The notes beneath the pieces were generated by a model, which was given only the letters and a program-made list of their open reading frames with translations, was not told where the DNA came from and did not search any database. Shown piece after piece: positions 11,579 to 18,675 of a DNA stretch of 25,040 nt. Within the stretch, counting starts at the first letter, position 1, and each line of letters opens with the position of its first letter. This stretch comes from Fibrobacteria bacterium (GTDB lineage Bacteria; Fibrobacterota; Fibrobacteria; UBA11236), in the NCBI GenBank assembly GCA_043745805.1, contig JAYTSD010000042.1:1-25040 (forward strand), read 5' to 3'. Both the position numbers and the translations under genes were made by a program.

Positions 11579-12553
11579 ATGAAATGGAAAGCTCTTCACA
11601 TGCCGAAAGGCGTTGTTAAGGAAAAAGGCGAAGCCAAATACGGCAAATTCGTGATTGAACCGCTCGAAAGAGGTTGGGGAATTACGGTAGCCAACGCGTT
11701 ACGTCGCGTGCTTCTTTCCAGCTTGCAAGGTGCAGCTGTGGTTTCGGCTCGTTTCGAAGGCGCCAGCCATGAATTTTCAGCCTTGCCAGGCGTTAAAGAA
11801 GATGTTTCAGAAATTATTTTAAATATAAAGCAATTGCGTGTAAAACTTCTCTCCGATGAAGATGCAACTTTACGTATAGATATTTCTGGTGAAGGTGAAG
11901 TTCGCGCCGAACATATCGAGGGTAACCCCGATGTGCAGATTTTAAATCCAGAATTACATATTGCTACTTTAGGCAAAAACGGAAGCTTAACTCTTGAGTT
12001 ACGTGTATCCGATGGCCGTGGTTACGTAGGTTCCGATGAATTAAAGCGCGAAGGTGATCCAATTGGAGTTATCGCTATCGACGCTAATTTCAGTCCTGTT
12101 ACTAAAGTAGCTTATGAAGTTTCCGATACCCGCGTCGGTCAAAGAACTGATTTCAATCGTTTGGAATTGGAAATTTGGACGGATGGAAGTATTGATCCAG
12201 AAGATGCCATGGCCTATAGCGCTAAGCTCTTAGTCGATCATTTGGAAATGTTCATTAACTTTGAAGGCGACCTTGAAGCCGCTGAAGAAGTTGTGAAAGA
12301 CGAAGAAAAAGATCGTATTCGTCAATTATTAAAAATGCGCGTAGATGAATTGGAATTATCCGTACGCTCCAGCAATTGCTTGCGTTGCGCTAATATCCAT
12401 ACCATTTCCGACTTGGTACGTAATCAAGAAAGCGAAATGTTGAAGTACAAAAACTTTGGCCGTAAGTCCTTGATTGAATTAAACGAAGTATTACAGAATT
12501 TAGGTTTGAGCTTCGGCACAGACGTGGATTATTACTTAAGCGAAGAAAAATAA
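11579..12553 (+). CDS. rpoA: RNA polymerase alpha subunit
   Basis: EPLERGWG, NALRRVLLSS, LELSVRSSNCL, NFGRKSL. Confidence 0.99.
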   Translation: MKWKALHMPKGVVKEKGEAKYGKFVIEPLERGWGITVANALRRVLLSSLQGAAVVSARFEGASHEFSALPGVKEDVSEIILNIKQLRVKLLSDEDATLRIDISGEGEVRAEHIEGNPDVQILNPELHIATLGKNGSLTLELRVSDGRGYVGSDELKREGDPIGVIAIDANFSPVTKVAYEVSDTRVGQRTDFNRLELEIWTDGSIDPEDAMAYSAKLLVDHLEMFINFEGDLEAAEEVVKDEEKDRIRQLLKMRVDELELSVRSSNCLRCANIHTISDLVRNQESEMLKYKNFGRKSLIELNEVLQNLGLSFGTDVDYYLSEEK

Positions 12554-12590
12554 TCCCATTTGGGATAGAGTTAACAGGAGTTAGAAGTCC

Positions 12591-13118
12591 ATGAGACATG
12601 GTGTCGTAGGAAAAAGATTAAGTCGCGATTCAGCCCATCGCAAAGCTATGCTTAAGAATTTAGCCACATCCGTTTTGGCTAAAGGATTAAGCGAAGAACA
12701 AATGAATCGTCATATTGTAACTACTGTGCCTAAGGCTAAAGCAGTTCGCAGTTTGGTGGAACGTTTAATTACTTATGCTAAACAAGGTGACTTGGCCGCT
12801 CGTCGCGAAGCAGCACGCTTTGTACAAGAGAAGCCGGTACTTAAGGCATTATTCGAAGTTATTGGACCACGTTATAAAGACCGTAAAGGTGGCTATACAC
12901 GCGTACTAAAGCTTTCGAGCAATCGTCATGGCGATAATGCCGAAATGGCTATTATCAGTTTAGTAGAAGACGAAATCAAAGTAAAGCCCAAGAAAAAGGC
13001 TCCTAAAGCCAAAGTCAAAGCTGAAAAAAACATTGATATCACTAAAACTGAAAAACCGGCTAAGGCTAAAGCCAAAGCAGCACCTAAAAAGACTGCCGAA
13101 GCAAAAATTGAAGAATAA
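12591..13118 (+). CDS. rplQ: 50S ribosomal protein L17 with Lys/Ala-rich tail
   Basis: MRHG, KAKAVRSLVERLIT, GGYTRVLK, GDNAEMA. Confidence 0.98.
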   Translation: MRHGVVGKRLSRDSAHRKAMLKNLATSVLAKGLSEEQMNRHIVTTVPKAKAVRSLVERLITYAKQGDLAARREAARFVQEKPVLKALFEVIGPRYKDRKGGYTRVLKLSSNRHGDNAEMAIISLVEDEIKVKPKKKAPKAKVKAEKNIDITKTEKPAKAKAKAAPKKTAEAKIEE

Positions 13119-13130
13119 GATTGCCGATTG

Positions 13131-13156
13131 AAGCTTAAATAACATTAAGCTTTTTT
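13131..13156 (+). terminator. Possible first hairpin/terminator after rplQ
   Basis: AAGCTTAA-ataaca-TTAAGCTT followed by T run; AT-rich stem. Confidence 0.4.
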
Positions 13157-13173
13157 CTTCAAATTAAATTGAT

Positions 13174-13206
13174 AAAAAGACCTGCCTCGCGGGTCTTTTT
13201 ATTTTA
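13174..13206 (+). terminator. Rho-independent terminator of the ribosomal superoperon
   Basis: AAAAAGACCTGC-ctc-GCGGGTCTTTTT then ATTTT (one G.U pair). Confidence 0.8.
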
Positions 13207-13211
13207 TAGGG

Positions 13212-15044
13212 GTGAATAATTCATTGAGTCATTCTACCATCATTCAAGAAAAGCTGGATTTACTTCCTCATCGTCCAGGCGTATACCTTTTTAAAAATCC
13301 ACGCCAAGAATTTATTTATATCGGCAAAGCCGTGGATTTATATCAGCGTGTGCGCAGTTACTTCAATGAAAAAGCGCAAAGCAATCATTTGGCTTCGCAA
13401 ATATTGCGCGATGCTGCATACGATTTGGAATGGATAGTCACTGATAATGAAGTAGAAGCTTTAATTCTCGAAGCGAATTTGGTGAATAAACATTCGCCGC
13501 GTTACAATATTCTTTTAAAAGACGATAAACATTTTCCTTATATTAAAGTGACACTATCCGAAATGTATCCCCGTTTGGAAATCACGCGCCAAGTTAAAAA
13601 AGATAAGGATTTATATTTCGGCCCTTATACCAATGTGCGTGCCATGCGTAAAACCATTTCCTTAATTAATAAAATTTTTCGCATTCGTGATTGCGATTTA
13701 AAATTCCCTCTTGATAAGCCCATAAGGCCTTGCCTCAGTTATCACTTAAAACGTTGCGATGCGCCTTGTGCTTTTGCAGTAGAAACGCAAGAGTATGATA
13801 AATTAGTGGATGAAGCGATTTTATTATTAAAGGGCAGACATCGTGATTTAACGCAAAGACTAAAAACAAATATGCGCGAAGCGGCCTCGGAAGAGAAATT
13901 CGAAATCGCAGCGAAATTACGCAATCAACTACGTGATATTGAAATTATTCAAGAAGAGCAAAAGATGGATTTGGGTGTGGATGATGCGCCTAAAGATTTA
14001 ATCGCCGTAGCACGCATGGGACGTATCGGCTATGTAGTCATTTTGGAAATCAGGGATGGCTTCATGTGTGGACGCAAACAATTCGAAGTCAATTGCCCGC
14101 TCGATCAAGATGAAAGCGAAATCATCACGAATTTCATCAAGCGTTATTATTTAGAAAGAAATCAAGGCGAAATCCCTCGCGAGCTTATTCTATCACATGC
14201 TTGCATGGAAGAAGAGCATATGGAACCTTTGTTACGAGAAATCCGCAAGGCGGCCGTAGATTTAGAAGTTCCGCAAAAAGGCGAAAAGCGTCGGCAAATA
14301 TTATTGGCTGTTGAGAATGCGAAAATGCAAGTCATGGAAGCCGTAGCGCATCGCGAAAGACGTAACCGCCAAGATTATCGCGTAACCGCCTTGCAAGAAG
14401 ATTTGCAAATGAAAAATCCTCCCGCGCGTATTGAAGGTTACGATATTTCGCATTTATCGGGTACGGATACTGTGGCCTCACAAGTAGTATTCATAGATGG
14501 CAAACCTGCGAAAAAAGAATATCGACATTATAATGTGAAAACCGTGGAAGGCATAGATGACTTCGCCTCTATGAAAGAGATTTTAACACGCCGCGTGAAA
14601 CGTTTGGTAGAAGAACAAAAACCTTTTCCCGATTTAATTTTAATCGATGGCGGCAAAGGTCAATTGGGCATGGCTTATGCGGTACTTAAAGAATATGGTC
14701 ACGCGGATCAACCGATTATTGGTTTAGCGAAAAGATTGGAAGAAATATTTTTTCCGGAAAATTCCGAGCCATTATTAATCCCCAAAACTTCTCCGAGCTT
14801 GCAATTATTGCAACAAGTACGCGATGAAGCGCATCGCTTTGCTATCACCTTTCAGCGTTCCAAAAGAAAAAAACACCATACGGAAAGTTGGCTGGATGAA
14901 GTGGATGGGATTGGCGAAAAAACCAAAATGAAATTGCTGCGCCATTTCAAATCGCCCGCGAAAATAAAAACGGCCAACGAGGAAGAATTGGCGGCGGCGG
15001 CGGGGAAATCGATAGCAGAGAAAATTAGAAGTTACCTCACTTAG
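13212..15044 (+). CDS. uvrC: Excinuclease ABC subunit C
   Basis: GIY-YIG (GVYLF...YIGKA), Cys cluster, UVR motif, RIEGYDISH, LIDGGKGQ, RDEAHRFA, HhH GIG. Confidence 0.98.
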   Translation: MNNSLSHSTIIQEKLDLLPHRPGVYLFKNPRQEFIYIGKAVDLYQRVRSYFNEKAQSNHLASQILRDAAYDLEWIVTDNEVEALILEANLVNKHSPRYNILLKDDKHFPYIKVTLSEMYPRLEITRQVKKDKDLYFGPYTNVRAMRKTISLINKIFRIRDCDLKFPLDKPIRPCLSYHLKRCDAPCAFAVETQEYDKLVDEAILLLKGRHRDLTQRLKTNMREAASEEKFEIAAKLRNQLRDIEIIQEEQKMDLGVDDAPKDLIAVARMGRIGYVVILEIRDGFMCGRKQFEVNCPLDQDESEIITNFIKRYYLERNQGEIPRELILSHACMEEEHMEPLLREIRKAAVDLEVPQKGEKRRQILLAVENAKMQVMEAVAHRERRNRQDYRVTALQEDLQMKNPPARIEGYDISHLSGTDTVASQVVFIDGKPAKKEYRHYNVKTVEGIDDFASMKEILTRRVKRLVEEQKPFPDLILIDGGKGQLGMAYAVLKEYGHADQPIIGLAKRLEEIFFPENSEPLLIPKTSPSLQLLQQVRDEAHRFAITFQRSKRKKHHTESWLDEVDGIGEKTKMKLLRHFKSPAKIKTANEEELAAAAGKSIAEKIRSYLT

Positions 15045-15098
15045 ACGATGCAGAATATTCGAAACCGTAGGATAAGACATCATTAAAGGACCGGAAAT

Positions 15099-15361
15099 TT
15101 CATGCAAGGGACGAATGGCATCCGCATTGGTTCTGTATAGCATTTGCCTCCCTTCGCGACGCACCCGCACCAAATCCACATCACGCAATACGCAATACGC
15201 AATACGCGCAAGTGTTTGGAGACGGACGGTTGCTCCAACCCCATCATATCGACAATGTTCCCAACCGGCCGTTCTTGGCTGGCCAGAAGTTCAAGGATTT
15301 CCCGCCTGCGGGATTCTGCGATGGCATTAAAGACATCGGATGTGGTGGCCGCTCTGGGCAT
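15099..15361 (-). pseudogene. ArsR/SmtB-family HTH regulator, frameshifted and probably 3'-truncated
   Basis: MPRAATTSDVFNAIAESRRREIL...QPSVSKHLRVLR in one frame continues as DVDLVRVRREGRQMLYR...IRPLHE in another; the break coincides with a 7-bp tandem repeat. Confidence 0.85.
15183..15207. repeat. Heptamer tandem repeat (ACGCAAT)x3 plus ACGC
   Basis: acgcaat acgcaat acgcaat acgc read directly. Confidence 0.95.
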
Positions 15362-15643
15362 AGGACTAGAATATATCAAGATCAATTTTGTGCCTTTATA
15401 AACTACTGCATGTTACGGTTAAGGGTTTTTGTATAGCTGAATGTTAATGGTCCTTGGATTTCGCATTTTGAGGTTATTTTTGTATGGGCGGTCGCCATAT
15501 TACTCCCCTATTGCATAGTCGAATAATACGGACAAGGTAAATATTTATGAGTTACCATCATCGCAATTATCATTATTACAGCACTTTATCTACCGGCGAT
15601 TGAGAGTACTTACCAACTCATCGACTGGATTAGAAAGGGTAAC

Positions 15644-16861
15644 ATGGAAAAACAAAAACGAATTAACCTAAAGCTGCGTGCGGTAATGCTCTGTCTCACA
15701 TTGAGTTTCGGTGCAATGATGGCTTCGGCAACAGCACACGCAACAAACGCCGAGACCTTGGCAAGCCTTGCGAAGAAGCGAGGTATTAACATCGGAGCCG
15801 CCGTGGGCGGAGCCTTTTGGGGAACCGATGTTCGCTATAAGGAAACCTTAGCATGGGAATACAATATCATCGTACCAGAGTACACAATGAAGTTCGATCA
15901 GCTGGAAACCCAGCGCGGCGTATTTAATTGGAAATATGGGGACGATTTGGCGAAATTCACGGCCGCACATGGCATGGCCCTGCGTGGTCATAACCTGGTC
16001 TGGCATCAGTCGAGCGGATGGCTGGAGGCCGCAAACACCTTGAGCCGGATAGAGATGCTTACCATCCTCAAGAATCACATCGACAGCGTGCTCGGTCATT
16101 ACCGCGGCAAGATTCTCGAATGGGATGTTGTCAATGAAGCCGTAGACGACAATGCCGGTTTGCGCAACACCTTTTGGCGCCAACGCGTGGGAGACGATTA
16201 TATAGACTCCGCTTATGTCTGGGCGCATCGCGCCGATCCAACCGCCCTACTGTTCTACAATGATTATTCCGGCGAGGGCATGGGCGCCAAGGCAGATCGC
16301 ATCTATGCTCTGATCAAGTCCATGAAGGATCGCGGCATTCCCATCCACGGCGTAGGTCTGCAATGCCACTTCCAAAGCAGCAAATCCTTTTCCACTTCCG
16401 ACATCGACAAGAATATGAAGCGCCTAGGGGCCCTGGGACTGCGAGTCTCCATCACGGAACTGGACTTTCGCATGAAGCTGCCGGCAGACTCCGCGGCGCG
16501 CGCAGTGCAAGCGGCCAACTATGCCATGCTGCTCAAGACCTGCCTAGACAACACCAATTGCAAATCCTTCCTCACTTGGGGATTTACGGACGCCTTTTCG
16601 TGGGTGCCAGATTTCTTCGTTGGATGGGGCGATGCGCTCCCTTTCGACACAGCCTATCACCGCAAACCTGCGTACGACGGCATGATCCAATCGTTGAGCG
16701 AAGGTGTTTCAATCCGGCGTTTGCGCACGCATGTTAACTCAGCCGCTACCGTACCAGGAGCGAAATTGGAATTCTCGGCGGCCTCATCGGCAATGGTATT
16801 CGGCTCTGGCTTAAGCGGGGATTATCGCAACGTAATAGGCCGATGGTTCGCCCGGCCTTGA
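15644..16861 (+). CDS. Secreted GH10 endo-1,4-beta-xylanase
   Basis: Signal peptide ending AHA; RGHNLVWH, WDVVNE (acid/base), FYNDY, GLQCH, ITELD (nucleophile), TWG, SW; visibly more GC-rich than flanking genes. Confidence 0.93.
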   Translation: MEKQKRINLKLRAVMLCLTLSFGAMMASATAHATNAETLASLAKKRGINIGAAVGGAFWGTDVRYKETLAWEYNIIVPEYTMKFDQLETQRGVFNWKYGDDLAKFTAAHGMALRGHNLVWHQSSGWLEAANTLSRIEMLTILKNHIDSVLGHYRGKILEWDVVNEAVDDNAGLRNTFWRQRVGDDYIDSAYVWAHRADPTALLFYNDYSGEGMGAKADRIYALIKSMKDRGIPIHGVGLQCHFQSSKSFSTSDIDKNMKRLGALGLRVSITELDFRMKLPADSAARAVQAANYAMLLKTCLDNTNCKSFLTWGFTDAFSWVPDFFVGWGDALPFDTAYHRKPAYDGMIQSLSEGVSIRRLRTHVNSAATVPGAKLEFSAASSAMVFGSGLSGDYRNVIGRWFARP

Positions 16862-17022
16862 TGGATTTTTTGGAGGACGCGAACAAGGCCCGCCAAGGAT
16901 TGAAATTATGGTTTTTGGATGGAAACACCAGAGAGTTTTATCAAATTGGTATCAGTGCAAACAAAACCGGAATCTCGGTCTATATCCTTGGCATCGATGA
17001 AAAGACATTAACTTTTCTCTAA
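16861..17022 (+). pseudogene. Remnant of a DUF1801 (YdhG-like) protein, 53 aa
   Basis: Manual translation MDFLEDANKARQGLKLWFLDGNTREFYQIGISANKTGISVYILGIDEKTLTFL*; KLWFLDG and TREFYQIG.SAN.TGISVYI recalled from DUF1801 proteins. Confidence 0.6.
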
Positions 17023-17048
17023 TACTTTCGATAACACAAGCTACTCCA

Positions 17049-17417
17049 ATGCTTTGTCCGAATATATTTAAAAGTCTCGAATACTTAATTGAGGCAGTGA
17101 CTGGTGTTTCTGACTTGAATCTACTTTGTATTTACTTCAACCCCACGAAACATGTCCAGCCTGAAAAAGGAAAATTGGAATTCGAATTTTTGGGCTACGA
17201 TTTGGTCGAAGTAAACGGAAGCATCAGCGCATTGACAAATTGCGGAGGATTTCCAAATGCATTCAACAATAGAGAACTAACAAAATATGGATTGTTACCT
17301 ACCCTTTCACGCGTTATTGAGGTGCAATCCGAATTGTACGAAAAATATCCAGAGGTTTCTGAATCTCTAAAAATCACAAAACCCCCTAAAATCAATGGAG
17401 TTTTCATATTGACCTGA
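17049..17417 (+). pseudogene. Conserved hypothetical protein, probably a fragment or chimera
   Basis: FLGYDL...SALTNCGGFP.AF...L..YGLL motif of an uncharacterised family recalled from memory; no SD; termini look non-native. Confidence 0.45.
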
Positions 17418-17550
17418 TGAACGAAGCGAGTCCTTAGAAATTATACAGAAATTAAATGATATTTATGGTCAAGCTCAAATCAATCCGCAAGAAGAAATTG
17501 TGACTGAAGCTGCGAAACGAAAAATGAAAAGTATTATCGACAAATGGTAA
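17413..17550 (+). pseudogene. C-terminal remnant of a MazE/ChpI-like antitoxin
   Basis: Open frame [45 protein letters not shown] overlaps the toxin start (ATGGTAA); in-frame TGA at 17410 and no plausible start. Confidence 0.65.
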
Positions 17551-17897
17551 TCAATCAAGGCGAAATATATTGGCTAGATTTAGGTGAGCCAAGAGAATCC
17601 GAACCAGTATATCGACATCCATTTGTGGTCATCCAAAATAATATTTTTAACAAAAGTAAAATCAATACGGTTGTTGTTTGTGCAGTAACTTCCAATATAA
17701 AACTGGCGAATGCACCGGGAAATGTTTTGCTAAAGAAGGGGGATGGTAATCTTTCCAAAGCAAGTGTTGTTAATATAGCGCAAATATTAACCGTCAACAA
17801 AAGTGAGTTGACCCATAAAATCGGCCACCTCCCAAAAAATAAAATTCAAGAGGTCGTAGAAGGATTTGAACTTCTTCTACGACCCAGAGATATTTAA
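17544..17897 (+). CDS. PemK/MazF-family endoribonuclease toxin
   Basis: [44 protein letters not shown]. Confidence 0.92.
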   Translation: MVINQGEIYWLDLGEPRESEPVYRHPFVVIQNNIFNKSKINTVVVCAVTSNIKLANAPGNVLLKKGDGNLSKASVVNIAQILTVNKSELTHKIGHLPKNKIQEVVEGFELLLRPRDI

Positions 17898-18070
17898 GCC
17901 TTCACCTCTTCAAAGTCGCCTTTCGCCGCGCCACAATCCGGACAAGTCCAGTCCGCAGGCACATCTTCCCAGCGGGTTCCGGGTTTAATGCCGGAAGCAA
18001 TATCGCCTTCCGCTTCATGATATACATGTCCGCAAACAATACAGACAAAACTTCGAGTGGCATTAGTCAT
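17894..18070 (-). CDS. Rubredoxin, 58 aa; absent from ORF track
   Basis: Manual translation [58 protein letters not shown]; two CxxCG motifs; AGGAG SD. Confidence 0.95.
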   Translation of the reverse strand: MTNATRSFVCIVCGHVYHEAEGDIASGIKPGTRWEDVPADWTCPDCGAAKGDFEEVKA

Positions 18071-18554
18071 TTTTTACTCCTTTTTTTTGATCCAAATAAC
18101 TTTGATAACGATCCGCATGTACCTTTTCAATTTTAGTAAGAGCCGCGAATTTTTTGCGGGCTAATTCTAAAGTTTTCGAAAACATCGCATCATGTTCGCG
18201 CGATTCTTCTGCTTGTTCGGCAAATTCTTTGGCCGCATCCGCGCTGGCTTCTTCCAAAGCTGTTTTCTCAAAACTGGGATACATGATAGTATGTTCATAG
18301 CGTTCGCCTTCGATGGCTAATTCCAATACTCTTTCCACGGTTAATTTTTCTTTGGGATGGATTAACGATAAATGCGAAAAAGCATGCTGAGTTTCCTGAT
18401 TCGCGGTTTCTTCAAAAACCTTGGCCACCTCTTCGTCTCCGAGTTCGCGGGCAATCTTGGCGAAATAAAGATATTTACGATTAGCCATGGATTCGCCGGC
18501 AAAGGCCGCTTCCAGATTTTTTAAGGTTTCACTTTTTTCAAATCGTGTTCTCAT
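18063..18554 (-). CDS. Rubrerythrin-family ferritin-like diiron protein without a fused rubredoxin domain
   Basis: [29 protein letters not shown]...MYP, ESREH. Confidence 0.93.
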   Translation of the reverse strand: MRTRFEKSETLKNLEAAFAGESMANRKYLYFAKIARELGDEEVAKVFEETANQETQHAFSHLSLIHPKEKLTVERVLELAIEGERYEHTIMYPSFEKTALEEASADAAKEFAEQAEESREHDAMFSKTLELARKKFAALTKIEKVHADRYQSYLDQKKGVKND

Positions 18555-18638
18555 ATTTCCTCTTATTGGTGAATTAATTTTCTGTTCCCCAACTTTGGGT
18601 TCAAAGATAAATATCCTTCTTTATTCATCATAATTCTA

Positions 18639-18675
18639 ATACATTATTTTTATTATCTTGATAAGTTATAATTAT
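18639..18675. promoter_or_regulatory. OxyR-type operator ATAC-N7-TTAT-N7-ATAA-N7-TTAT
   Basis: Tetramers at 18639, 18650, 18661 and 18672 fit ATAG-N7-CTAT-N7-ATAG-N7-CTAT spacing with one mismatch each. Confidence 0.7.

Noticed and set aside
835..13145. Numerous antisense and alternate-frame ORFs across the ribosomal cluster (e.g. 2805-3410, 4172-4657)
   Set aside because: Shadows of conserved genes; no recognisable motifs.
15066..15095. GTAGGATAAG...CCGG resembling a REP or attC element
   Set aside because: No proper palindrome and no second copy in the window.
14805..15188. 127-aa minus-strand ORF overlapping uvrC
   Set aside because: Only the first ~30 residues are ArsR-derived; the rest is read-through antisense to uvrC.
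15045..17897. Integron cassette array, IS or prophage as the explanation for the accessory patch
   Set aside because: No attC-like repeats, terminal inverted repeats, integrase or phage genes seen.
18063..18090. Programmed frameshift at the A8 run fusing rubrerythrin to rubredoxin
   Set aside because: Shifting into the rubredoxin frame at that run meets TAA (AAG GAG TAA), and rubredoxin has its own SD and ATG.
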